From: Tubulanus polymorphus
Taxonomy: Eukaryota > Animalia > Nemertea
Assembly (NCBI RefSeq): GCF_964204645.1
Contig: NC_134027.1
Location: forward strand, 1,334,485 to 1,398,484
Direction of reading: 5' to 3'
DNA length: 64,000 bases
Below are positions 12,729 to 25,217 of this stretch, piece after piece. The notes beneath the pieces are model-generated. The model had not been told where the DNA came from. It was given only the letters and a program-made list of their open reading frames with translations, and ran no database searches. The first letter of the stretch is position 1; each line of letters opens with the position of its first letter. The position numbers were made by a program, and so were the translations under genes.

Positions 12729-14149
12729 CATGCTATCCCAGAATGGATAGAGCGTATATTCTGGTCGAAACGAACGCGCCGGAAGAGAATCAAGAATTGG
12801 CAGAGACTTATTCAAAACCTGTCTAAGTTGTTAGGTCAATAAGAAAAGAAGTTATTTTACGATGAAACCGCAGTTGCGTGAAATAATTGATCTGGAAAAC
12901 CCGTTCGAGTCAGGTGCGACCAGTCTTTCAAAACACCAGCTGATCTCCTTCAACGATTCAATTAGGGTTTCGTCTCGGGAACCCAAGATCTGAGCGACGT
13001 ACAGCAAGAAAAAAATTTCTTATTCATTTATAAAACAAGGCACAATTCCATAAAGTTCTCGTGTATGTTCAACACTTTGAGATAAAATTTTTGTAAACTT
13101 TTAATGTTTGAAATCGGGGGCCTAATTGCACAAAATGGGTCTTAAATCTGAAGACTGGTCTTACACAAGTTCAACCGATAGGAATCCAGGATGTTCTTAA
13201 TCATCAATCGCTACGAATGAATATGAAATATGATTTCCATTTTTTGGGCTTTCGGTGGAAATTTTGAAATCTGATTAATCAGATTTTATCAGGTGAATGT
13301 GAGTGTATTATGTGTATACCTGTATTTGCAGCTATTTTCTGATACACGAATGAATTCAATTAATGGTAGTTTCATTATTCATCTAAGGTTTTTTAATCAA
13401 ATATTTCGCACGAAAATGTTTCGGTTCAAAGGTTCTTTTCGGTACAGTATTTGCTGGTAAATAACCTGTATACGGCGCATCAGCTGTTATTGAATGTAGT
13501 TATTCTAATCTATTCAAACATGAAGCGGATTCAATACACAATTTACGACTTATATAGTAATAAACACCTGATTTTTATGAGCCATCAGTTTTAGAAAACA
13601 AGATGAAAAAGGGAAATTTCGATCTAGATTGATGTTTTTCCTGGGTGGCTTTTACGGCTTTGTCATGCGATGATTCGGTCTTTTTGAGGTTATTACATTT
13701 TTTGATAATTTTGGGATTTGGGGAGGTGGATTTGCCCCATGTAGTTGCCCAGTGAAGGCCAGCGGTCACTGGTCCACCGTCAATAATGTGGTCATGAGTT
13801 CGGGATCCGTGTGGTATCTTTTGATAGATGTGTCACCCTGATATAAGTTGCATATTTTATAATCATATAGATCTACAGTGTCATATCGAACGACAACCAG
13901 CCGGTTACAGTTGATTTGTCCTCTTGTATCCGGCGTCAATTGAGGATAGAATTAAACTCGTCTATCCTCTTGTACCCGGCGTCAATTAGATTAGAAATAA
14001 ACTCATCTTTCGTTTTATTCCTGGCGTCAATTGAAACAATCAATGCGAATGAAATCGGCGAGAGAAAAAAAAATGATATAACCGCTGTTTTACTTTCAAT
14101 TAATGTTTATTTTGGTGATTTTTCAAATTGCAGTGAATCTTTTATTCAA

Positions 14150-14675
14150 TGTGGTATACAGCAATGACAAACAGAGCTGACAAACAGGTGACTGGAGAAA
14201 ATGATTGTGCCAGTGAAAACCTGTAATTCTGAGAGCTGCAGATTTTGCAGATTATTGGCGTCATTGTCTAAGGTGTGAGCACCAAATGCACTCGCATCAG
14301 AAATAGTGACAAAAAAACGTGAAGAATTGATGAATACAAACACTGATAAACAGGTGACACGGGAACCAGTCATTGTGTTTGTAAAGAATGCTGGAAAACC
14401 TGTGACAGTCGAAGATTTTGCAGATTAATTGTCAATAGGGATCTGTACCAAATGCACTCCCATTAGAAACAGTGACAGAAAACGCGAACAATTTCAGAAT
14501 GCAAATTGAGCTGGCAAACGAATGACAGGAAGAAGTCATTGTGTTTATGAGAATGAGAATATGACCTAGAATTCAGATTTTGCAGATTATTGGCGTCATT
14601 GTTCCAAGATATGTGCACCAAATGCACTCGCATTAGAAATAGCCACAGAAAACGCGAACTATTTCTGAATACGAA
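14150..14675. repeat. Degenerate ~170-bp tandem repeat, about 3 copies
   Basis: agattttgcagatta...caaatgcactc.catt/cagaaa.ag recurs at ~14240, 14412 and 14575. Confidence 0.7.
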
Positions 14676-15223
14676 TAGAGCGGGGGAGAGGGCATTTGAA
14701 AACTGCGACTACCGCACGTGCTGCATGTGCGACATTCCGGATCCGCGCCTGTCATGACAGAGATAGGCATCATTTTCATAACGATGTTTCTTCTAAAACC
14801 GATATAACGAGTTTAAAAATGAAATTCGTTACGTCAGTCGTGATCATTATTTTCTACGAACGAGGAGTTGTTTCGTAAACAAATATTGCATAACGTATAT
14901 CGGTTGAATTTGAAATATTGTCAACTTGATTCAAACAAGTTCTCTTCGTGGGACTGGGCCCTGAAGACCCGCAGTAGTTATGCGTATCTTGTCGCGCTAG
15001 TGAAATGTAAGCACAAATAGTTTTTTAAAAACTCTCTGCTAGCAAACAAGCAGTAAACAATATGGGAGGCCTTTATCTATATATAGCCTTCTATGTGAAA
15101 CCCGCACATGGCCCGGATATAGTCAAGAGATATGAAAAACTGTATAGGCTTTATGTACTAATGTAGTGTAGGTGTAATGTACAGTAGTATGCACGTACAG
15201 TCGTAGCCCACACACACTGAAAA

Positions 15224-18200
15224 ATGAAACACGAAAAACAGTTCCTAAAATCTTTACACGATTTGCGTATAAAATCACGAAAAGATGGAATCGATGACGC
15301 GGAATTCGAATCGTTGTTATCGGAATACAGAAAGGAATACAAATCCCGGCACCGTTCTGGGTTTAACACCTGGTTGCGCGCGGCTGTTGTTTCGATGTTC
15401 GTAGTTTTTGTAACTATCGGTTACTGCCAATCGTGGTTCTCGGAATACGAGTGTATAATCGACCAAAATCCATTCGTTCAGGAATTAGCGCGTCCTCTCA
15501 GCTCGTGTACAGGATGCACCGGGTTCGAATCCGTGCCAGTACTCAGAGATATAGACCCTACTGAATTCATGGGAAAATACGCCTTTTCCGGATTACCCGT
15601 TCTCATAAAAGGGGCTACAGTTAATTGGACTGCGTCGGACGTTTTCAGCTACGAGTTCTTTAAAAATCTGTACAATCGGAGACAAGAATTTCTACGAGTG
15701 CAAGACGAGGAATGTCAGTTTTTCGGTTACAATACGGAGTTTATCAACTTGAAAGAAGCGTTTGATATGTCACCTGAGCGTGTCGATCGTGAGGCAGGGG
15801 AGGAACCCTGGTATTTCGGCTGGTAAGTGTCCGGAACGAGGAGAGAGTGTTCATTCATTCATTGATTCTAAACTGGGTTTGTTAAAAAAAGTTGAAGTTG
15901 CTGAATCGGGGGACTGGGAAAGCGATATCACCCAGGCTGGCCTTTAGAAATATACCGTAGAGATACAAAATCAAATCATTATTAATTCTCTTAGTCTAGA
16001 AACCTTACATTTCAGTGAAGCCCTACTGGTACACTAGGGTCGTAGAACGTTGCACTTCCAGGACAAAATCAAATTCGTTTTTTTTTTTGGTTTCTTCAGG
16101 AGTAATTGTATCGTGGAGATCTCGCAGACTTTAAAACAGTACTACCAACGTCCGTACTTTCTACCGGAAGATTCCGAATCGAATCAAATCGATTGGATTT
16201 TCATGGGCGTTACCGGTGTAGGCGCGCCGATGCATGTAAGCCTAACTTAAAACTGTCTTTGTTTTCAAGAATTATAGGGATTTAAACCCGATATTGAGCA
16301 GCAATGGCCCCTATATTCGCAGCGCATTGTATTGAGAGCCTACTGCGTAGTAGAAACTAATTGTTGAGATGTGTTACGTAGGTTGGAAGCCAGTAGATTC
16401 CTCCGTGGAGCCTCGTGAAGATTTCTTTAGAAGTTATACAACACCTTGGCTATCAATTGAGGGCGGCTAATTGAACTGAGAAGTCGAAGGGCACAGACGG
16501 CCAATATGACGCATGGGACAGATCAGCACGACGCCCACTATATTAATTTCCGATTCCTTTTTGGTTTGGTTTACCAAACCAAAAAAACCAAACCAAACCA
16601 AACCAAACCAAACCAAACCAAACCAAACCAAACCAAACCAAACCAAACAAAACCAAACCAAACCAAACCAAACCAAACCAAACCAAACCAAACCAAACCA
16701 AACCAAACCAAACCAAACCAAACCAAACCAAACCAAACCAAACCAAACCAAACCAAACCAAACCAAACCAAACCAAACCAAACCAAACCAAACCAAACCA
16801 ACCAAACCAAACCAAACCAAACCAAACCAAACCAAACCAAACCAAACCAAACCAAACCAAACCAAACCAAACCAAACCAAACCAAACCAAACCAAACCAA
16901 ACCAAACCAAACCAAACCAAACCAAACCAAACCAAACCAAACCAAACCAAACCAAACCAAACCAAACCAAACCAAACCAAACCAAACCAAACCAAACCAA
17001 ACCAAACCAAACCAAACCAAACCAAACCAAACCAAACCAAACCAAACCAAACCAAACCAAACCAAACCAAACCAAACCAAACCAAACCAAACCAAACCAA
17101 ACCAAACCAAACCAAACCAAACCAAACCAAACCAAACCAAACCAAACCAAACCAAACCAAACCAAACCAAACCAAACCAAACCAAACCAAACCAAACCAA
17201 ACCAAACCAAACCAAACCAAACCAAACCAAACCAAACCAAACCAAACCAAACCAAACCAAACCAAACCAAACCAAACCAAACCAAACCAAACCAAACCAA
17301 ACCAAACCAAACCAAACCAAACCAAACCAAACCAAACCAAACCAAACCAAACCAAACCAAACCAAACCAAACCAAACCAAACCAAACCAAACCAAACCAA
17401 ACCAAACCAAACCAAACCAAACCAAACCAAACCAAACCAAACCAAACCAAACCAAACCAAACCAAACCAAACCAAACCAAACCAAACCAAACCAAACCAA
17501 ACCAAACCAAACCAAACCAAACCAAACCAAACCAAACCAAACCAAACCAAACCAAACCAAACCAAACCAAACCAAACCAAACCAAACCAAACCAAACCAA
17601 ACCAAACCAAACCAAACCAAACCAAACCAAACCAAACCAAACCAAACCAAACCAAACCAAACCAAACCAAACCAAACCAAACCAAACCAAACCAAACCAA
17701 ACCAAACCAAACCAAACCAAACCAAACCAAACCAAACCAAACAAAACAAACCAAACCAAACCAAACCAAACCAAACCAAACCAAACCAAACAAAACAAAA
17801 CAAAACAAAACTTGTTCATTCTAAACTGATATATCGTTTATGAATTCTATTGTAGTTAGACACCGTTCAACGACCGTCTTGGCAGGCTCAGGTGAGCGGT
17901 CGTAAAACCTGGTCTCTCGCCCCGGTTCCTGAGTGCGAGAATATCTGCGCTGAGATGAAAGTGACAGTCGAAACCGGTGATATAAGTAAGAAAAATGAAT
18001 GAGTATTTCACGTTGCAACTCATTAATATTATCAAGACCAGTTTAATACATAAGATTAGGTCGAAACGTCGGTAAATTTAGTTGTTTTATTACTGTGGAT
18101 CTTTTACTTCAAATCGATGATTTTGATCGTGATTTTTCACTCTTTTGTTTTTCAGTTGTACTCGACACGAATAGATGGTATCACAGCACTTTTATACATC

Positions 18201-18241
18201 CAGGGAAACTGAGTATAACCATCGGATCCGAGTTCGATTAG
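15224..18241 (+). CDS. Membrane-anchored JmjC/cupin-fold protein (4 coding exons)
   Basis: Exons 15224-15822, 16100-16235, 17856-17985 and 18156-18241 splice in frame. N-terminal TM segment (AAVVSMFVVFVTIGYC). JmjC-like motifs FMGKYAFSGLPVLIKGATVNW, WIFMG..G.GAPMHLD, WQAQVSGRKTW, V..GDIIVLDTNRWYHST give an HxD...H metal triad. Confidence 0.88.
16573..17810. repeat. (CCAAA)n pentanucleotide microsatellite, ~1.2 kb, intronic
   Basis: Nearly pure ccaaa array decaying to caaaa at the 3' end. It lies in intron 2 of the JmjC/cupin gene. Confidence 0.99.
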
Positions 18242-18798
18242 AACCGAAGTGACACAACCTCGTTTAAAACGAGCTCTCTCTGACACAGCCGGAATCTTAA
18301 TAAAATCAGTTCGGATGTAAAACGAGAAAAACGAATGATGGATTACACCTAACAGATTGTATCGCTGCCGAAGTTCCTCAATATCGACAGTTATTCTCAT
18401 TAAAACTGATTTTGCAGAGATTGTATCATAATTTGTGATAAATGAGAATTAAATTTCTGCGGGAAATGAAAATGAAAACAAGATGTGCCTTTTAGACGTA
18501 TATCTGGTTTTTTTTTGTTGCTTTAATTTCAATTTTACAGTTTTAATTGATGAAACTACGGTTTCCCAAATTTAGGAAACCAAGAACGAAAAAGATTAAA
18601 AGATGAACATAAAAAGATCTCTATTAAACGCTTGTTGATACAAACGACGAAGAAAGCTCATCGCCGACTTTCTCTCGACTGGGAATAGATTGAAAAATAC
18701 AATATGTCTGAATTATTAATTTCGTGCATTCGTCGTGGGGCGGTTGCTCAAATTCTTTTTTGGACAACACTGGCCTCTGATTAATTATCGTCTCTTTT

Positions 18799-21731
18799 CT
18801 AGTCGGCAATACTGGGATCTTCTTTCAGTAATCGTTTTTGCCAGGCGCTGAAGAATGAATTCGCGTAGGTGTCCGCGTCTTTCTTCCACATATGATACGT
18901 TTTTTCGGCAAGTTCGTCGTCGATTGTCTGAATTTCTTTCCCCGTCGATGTAGCAAGCACCTGTAACGGAAAACGAACATGATCTAAGCTATATACGTCA
19001 CCATCATCTTTTCTAATCCCCTACTCAGAGCGCTGACCCTGACCTCGATTGCCGCAGTAGCTTACTAGTGGCACTATGAGGGCAGCATGCCATCTCATGG
19101 TTCCTCGATTGTCACATGTTACATTATTTCTAACCTGTGTAGACAACCGAATCTACACTAGCACACCTTGCGGATCCTCGATTGCCACAGTAGTTAATAC
19201 CTCAACTGCCCACAACCGCTACCTGGTGGATCATTGACGCAGCACGTTACCAGTGCCCCATCTTTTTATTGATTGTTAAATATTTACCTGGTACATGCAA
19301 GCTCGTTCCAGATAGTACAGATCATCGACCGCTCGAGCGATGGTCGGTCCGGTCACTATAACACCGTGATGCGCCATCATCAAAACGTCATTATGCGTAC
19401 CCATAACTTCAGCCAGACGATTTCCCTCGGAGATATGATCGGAAAATCCCGTATAATTCCGATCGTACCCGACACCTTTGAAGAATCGTAAACTGACTTG
19501 ATGGACCATTTCTATCTTCGCATCTTTCAAACAAGCTAAAAAAGAGAATATATCTCATGAGTTCCACTCGGTTTTAGAGTTCGAATGTATTAATCATCCT
19601 ATTTCAATCTTCAAGTTGGAAAAAGAATCATAACCAACCTAGTTAATCGCTTAAAGGGTGTAAAGCCTAGCGCACATCGACACTGCGATTGGAGACAACT
19701 AGTTGCAAGGCAGTTTTCGGCGCATGAGAGGAACTGGCTGGATACGATCAGTTGCTTGAATGTGTCGATGTGAGCGAGCTTACGATTGGTAAGCGTCGAT
19801 CTATCTCCAGTTCCAGCCAGTTGCCCATGTTCTACTTTTGTGCAACTGGTTGTACTCAATCGCAGTCATATTCGTCGATGTGCGCGCTCTGGATCTCGAC
19901 GATCGACACGCGCCATGCAGTTGCTGCAACTGACCGGTTGTAACTAGATTTCGATGTGCGCGGGGTAATCGTTCGGTAGCAAGTAGTTGTCTCCAATCGC
20001 AGTGTCGATGTGCGCGAGGCTTAAAGACCCCGTGGACGACAGATTCACAGAGATATTCTACTTACTGAGAGCTGTGGCGTATGGCATGTGTGTGTGTAGT
20101 ACGACATGGGCATTAGGTCTGCTACTATGGACACCACCGTGTATTGTTGCAGCAGCTAGCTCCGCAATGCCGTCGCCTTCTACCACTTTCCCATCTCTGG
20201 TCACTCCGATCAAAGATGATGCAGTCACCTTAGATAAGAATACGAAAAGAAAATGGTATATACTGGTATTCGTGCGCGGGGTAAAAATCTAAGTATGGTA
20301 AAATCCAAGTGCTTCAATATTCCTAAAGATAATTATTAGGATATAGTCAGTCAGATGCTGAAATAAACCATCCGTTAAAGATTTTGCCATCGTCTTAACA
20401 GGGACTCAGAGTGTTTCACATAGATTGGAAATGCAAGGTCTGGTTATACATGAGTTAAAGCTCAGTGACACGATAAATACCGTGGTTGAAATAAAGTTTT
20501 TTTTTATCGTCACCATAACAGTTATAATCAACAAATTTGAGCAACAGGGCCCAGTTTCACGAAAAAGTGTAAGCTTAAAACAGTTAAGTTTGAATTGTTG
20601 TCCTCATTGAAAACATGAAGTAACCAATGGCAATTAATCAAAAAATTTGAGTTAAACTTTTTCGTGAAACTGGCCCCTGGTCCCGGGGAAGAGGGGGAGA
20701 GGGAGGTGATTACTGTGGGACGTATTCTTCAGATACCGAACATTGAAATGATATCTACCGAATGAATTCGATTATTTTACACGGAGTGCTTGTATGGAGG
20801 AAAAAATAAATTGCGCAGATTATTATGAAAACATATGTATATAGGTCGATATATGAAAAGCCTGCATAATTATATCAAACGCATAATGTTCATATGATAT
20901 ATATATCGTGTCGTATCTTAAGTACTGGTCGAAGTTTGGCCTTACGTTTTTAGTTTTCAGATTGGTTTGGTTATAGATTTACAATGAGCTTAGACTCGAC
21001 GGTCAACAAACCGACCTTTGACCAACGTTCTCTATCTTTCAGATTTACACAAATGATTGTAGAAAATAATGCAAAGGGAAGATATGAAACCCGTAATGAA
21101 TATGTTCAGCTAGTTGCGGGTCGTTATTGAGCAACCAGTCAGCTAGTTGCTGGTCGTTATTGAGCAACCAGTCAGCTAGTTGCTGGTCGTTATTGAGCAA
21201 CCAGGTTCAGCTAGTTGCGGGTCGTTATTGAGCAACCAGTCAGCTAGTTGCTGGTCGTTATTGAGCAACCAGTCAGCTAGTTGCTGGTCGTTATTGAGCA
21301 ACCAGTCCCGTCACAAGTGATAAAGAATTTGTACAGCGCCTTCCGTGAAAAGCAGAACAATTACCAAAAGGCGCTCTCCTGAAACAAGTGCGACCACTCA
21401 ATACGAACTGAAATTTCTCGAGCTTTAGCTTGAATGTATTTCACTAAAATTAGATGGAAACAATCCGTACCTGGCTCCAATGCATACCGTATGGTATTAG
21501 CAGTAGTATTTCGTGTTTGCCATCAGCGCTGGGAACGCGGGCGGTCAGGTGATTACAAACACCTTCATTCAACCTCTCTTTATCCAACAGCCGATACGCG
21601 GTCGCCAGGTCCAGACGCGCCTGTTTGTTTATAGCGGCCGCAGAGACCGCCGCTTGGTCGCTGAAACATCGCCATCCAGCAGCCGCGCTACGGGACGCGA
21701 CATTACGCGCTAAACTCCTCACTAGAAACAT
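18799..21731 (-). CDS. Class II aldolase/adducin-head domain protein, paralog A, with putative mitochondrial presequence
   Basis: Exons 21731-21471, 20228-20066, 19535-19288 and 18960-18799. Motifs EGVCNHLTAR, VTASSL, TIHGGVH, VLHTHMPYATAL and MAHHGVIVTG...YYLERAC give the Zn-binding HxH...H. The N-terminus is Arg/Ser/Ala-rich with no acidic residues. Confidence 0.92.
19664..20021. mobile_element. PIF/Harbinger-type (Tourist-like) MITE with TAA TSD, in an intron of paralog A
   Basis: ~40-bp TIRs agcct(a/c)gcgcacatcgacactgcgattggagacaacta, with TAA on both sides (19661-63, 20022-24). Internal subterminal tcgatgtgcgcg repeats. Confidence 0.85.
20548..20677. mobile_element. Short MITE (family B)
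   Basis: TIRs ggcccagtttcacgaaaaagt / actttttcgtgaaactggccc. An inverted homologous copy lies at ~46542-46673. Confidence 0.75.
21106..21307. repeat. Minisatellite, 33-bp unit, 6 copies
   Basis: Unit tcagctagttgc(t/g)ggtcgttattgagcaaccag. Confidence 0.95.
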
Positions 21732-22403
21732 TACTGTTTATTACTGTCCTCGTCAGTTCGCTGTGAACCTCAGCGCCAGTACGTAGTCGTACAGATTGCC
21801 GCTAACCGGTCACTATATCGCATATCAGGACTTGGTGAATCTCTTAAGTTCACGGAAAAGTACAATCATATATCAATGATTTATAGTCGATGATAAGCTC
21901 AAAGTTCGATAAGTTTGTCAGGTTTACCCCAGTTTAATGGCGCATTTCTAGACAACAAAATCAAAGAATCAGCGAAAGAAACGAAGTGAAGAATGTGTAT
22001 TATACTTTTTAGGGGCATGAAAAATTGATTCAAATGTAAGAATTAATGTCAAGTCAAACCCTATGACTTATGAGAGTCATCGTGATGCTTTACCAAATAC
22101 CATGGCCAGAACATGCTTGTCTCTACCAGGAATAGAAAACTGGGCATTCTCTCCTGGGAGGCAAGGAGTGGACATTGTAGTCGCTGTTTCATTGTAAAAT
22201 TCTCATGAAACCGTGAAAATAACATTTATTTGTACCGAATTATCGGATTAAAATGTCTGTAATAACGAATAAACAAAGTCTCATTACATCAAACACAAAG
22301 TCATCGATTTTTTGTGAGAATAAATTATACTCTCTAAATGGGAATTTGAACAAATCCAAATTATGGAATAGCACACAACACCACTGACGAGTTTCTGGTT
22401 GTT

Positions 22404-24333
22404 TTACTGCGCAACTCGCGGGTCGTTTTCTAGTATATCTCTTTGTACGGCTCTGAAATGACAGTCTGCATAATCTAAAACATCCTTCATGAAAACGTTG
22501 TAGGTTTTTTCACATATTTTAGGATCGACCAGTTTTAATTTACGTCCTGTAGACATCGCCAACACCTGTTAAATAGAAAAGTACGCCAATATCAGGACCC
22601 AGTTCAACATTTATGAGGCAAATATTTGAAAATTAATAAATTTCTAATCAGTTCAATCTTGATCCAGAACTGTGTCCCGAATTTGACCTTGTTCTAAAAC
22701 GATGGCACTGGATCCAGATTGTACAGTGGCAAAACTGTTCTTTGTTTCGAAATCAAATATCGCTGATAGCTATATCTACCTGATGCATGCAGGCTCTCTC
22801 GAGGAAATACGTCTTATCGAAAGCTTCAGCGACGGTTCGACCGGTTACTATAACTCCGTGATTGGCCATGAACAGCGTTGTGTCAGTACCCAGACAGCGA
22901 GCTAAGCGCTCACCTTCAGCGAGATCTTCAGACAAACCGTTATAACAACTATCGTAGGCCACACCCTTGTAAAACCGAAGCGAGTTCTGATGAATCATTT
23001 CCAGTTTGGGTTCTTCCAGACAAGCTGAAAGATATTATGAACATAAGTTCGTAAGTGCCATACCAGAAATATACGGGGTGTAATATTGCAGGTTTACCAA
23101 ACAGAAACCAAGATCTTTCGGCTGCTTTAGACTTTGTAAGGTTTTGTTGGTTTGTATTGCTTTATGCCGTTCGGATCTTGGTTTCACGAGACGAACCCTG
23201 TTCACCTCAAGACAGAACAACAGGCTTAAAATGTTTTTAGTAGCCGACGGAAATCTATGAAATCGAATCTGTGGAGAAGGTTTTTATATCTTCAGTTGAC
23301 AGGGATTTCAGTGTTTTATTTAAAACTAATATGAACAAAAGCTGTTGATATGAGAAACTTGAATTACAATTTATAATTCCAAGTTTCTGTCCTGTGATGC
23401 CGCTGATGAAGATCTTAGAACATTTGCCATTGATGATTTACAAAATTAGAGGAATTGAAATGCCTTGGAAAATGAAGTATATAATATTTAATTTAATATT
23501 TAATATGTTCTTGGATCAAAATTGTTTTTGAAATTTTACCAAGTGCAGTAGCGTAGGGCATGTGCGTATGCATAACGCAAGTAGCTCCGGGACAAATTTC
23601 GTGGACTCCTCTGTGGATTGTAGCTGCCGTGGTTTCCGCTTGACCGGTCCCTTCCGCGACGCTGTTGTCTCTCGTTAAACCGAGTAAAGAAGACGCGGTC
23701 ACCTGAAAAAAATAGTTCGTCGGAATATTTTCAGTTGTATAAAAAATATTGTAAATGGATAATTATCGGCGTCATTCGCGAATTGAAAATAAACCAAGAA
23801 ACCCGCCCGGATCCACAGTGAAAGTTAAAAATCACTTCATTTTTCAATAATTTGTAACAGCTGAATCAAATCGTGAATTCACGACTATAGGAAACAAGCA
23901 GGTCATGAACTCGTTTAACAGAAGTACTAGCCCATTCATAACTTCCAACAGTTGAATTAGTTCATTTTTAAGCAATTTGAATTTTAAGATCAACCGTCAC
24001 AAAATATGTCGTTTTTTATATTATTACCTGACTCCAGTGTAAACCGTACGGTATCAATAACATGACATCTTCACCATCACGCTGTTTAGCAGCAGCAGTC
24101 GGTACCATCAACGAGAGATGGTTGCAGACACCTTCACTCAAACCAAGCTTATCTAAAGCTCTGTAAGCAGTCGCTAGGTCTAAACGACCCTGCGCATTAG
24201 CAGCAGCGGCGGCTGCAGAAGACAGTCTCCTCGATGGCGGCACCATTTTTGACACGACATTTCGGCAACTTGCTTTGCTAGATCCGCTGTTTACTAGTAG
24301 TCTAGTTAGTATGCACTTTCCATATCTCGACAT
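22404..24333 (-). CDS. Class II aldolase/adducin-head domain protein, paralog B, with putative mitochondrial presequence
   Basis: Exons 24333-24028, 23702-23540, 23024-22780 and 22565-22404, with the same intron positions and phases as paralog A. Motifs EGVCNHLS, HTHMPYATAL and MANHGVIVTG...YFLERAC. Confidence 0.92.
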
Positions 24334-24661
24334 ATTGTAATACGCTCTATATAGCGAGGTTAGCAGTGCTTGTAACTGGTACCGGCTGTTTACGCCATAG
24401 ATCTATAAATAGGTTATCTGAACGAAATGATTATAATACGCATATTTTGTTGACAACGGACATTAAAAACTACGAGCATTCAACTATAGTCTATCATAAT
24501 TCCGTGAGACTTGTTTTTCAACGATATTTTGCCAAATATTTGGGGTACGTATACATACCTCATGTAGGTCTACCTCGAAAACGATAGATTCAGAGCGTAA
24601 AATATTACAAACCCGAACAAAAAATAAAATAGTCAAAATTTCGAATGTTGAATATGAAATA

Positions 24662-24848
24662 CAATGGAGCCTCGTTGTAACGACCTCAGAAATTCATCGA
24701 TTTATCGGTTTTTACAAATCTAGTGCAAACATTTTCTCCCAAATAGAATAATTTCATATAGATCATTTTAATTGAGATAGAACGAACTATCGGTTTAACA
24801 AATTGATTTTCTCGTCCTCCTGAAGTTCGTTGTAACGAGGTCCCACTG
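24662..24848. mobile_element. Tc1/mariner (pogo/Tigger-like) MITE with TA TSD
   Basis: ta|caatggagcctcgttgtaacgacctcag ... ctgaagttcgttgtaacgaggtcccactg|ta. Confidence 0.7.
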
Positions 24849-25217
24849 TATCCATACATTTACCTATCAGGCATCAAATGCCAATAATTAAATCGTATTT
24901 CTTTTGCCAATATGATTTGGATGTATATATCTATGTAGTACGACCCAGGAGACCTGATGCTGTAGACTCTACAGACGCTAGTGATTTTAATGTTTCCTAT
25001 ATACGATACAGCCTATAACATAATACGCCCATCTGACATTTCTTTCATATACGTTTCATCCTCTTTTCGAAAATTAGATAGAATTCATACCATTGATGAT
25101 AGTTGTGCCTCGCCGCGAAGAGAAGAGATCTGAATGAAGTCGGTGCTGGATTCTTCTTGTCAGTTTAACATTGAGGAATCATTGTAGGCGCAGACGTTAC
25201 TGACTCGTTGAGATGAG

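Noticed and set aside
12046-12842. 234/253-aa repetitive ORFs
   Set aside because: They are artefacts of the 40-bp minisatellite being open in several frames.
16573-17810. Interstitial telomere
   Set aside because: The unit is TTTGG, not TTAGGG or TTAGG, and it is intronic in a normal gene.
16467-17843. Five 400+ aa ORFs (WFGLV and TKPNQ repeats)
   Set aside because: They are translations of the stop-free (CCAAA)n array, which lies inside an intron.
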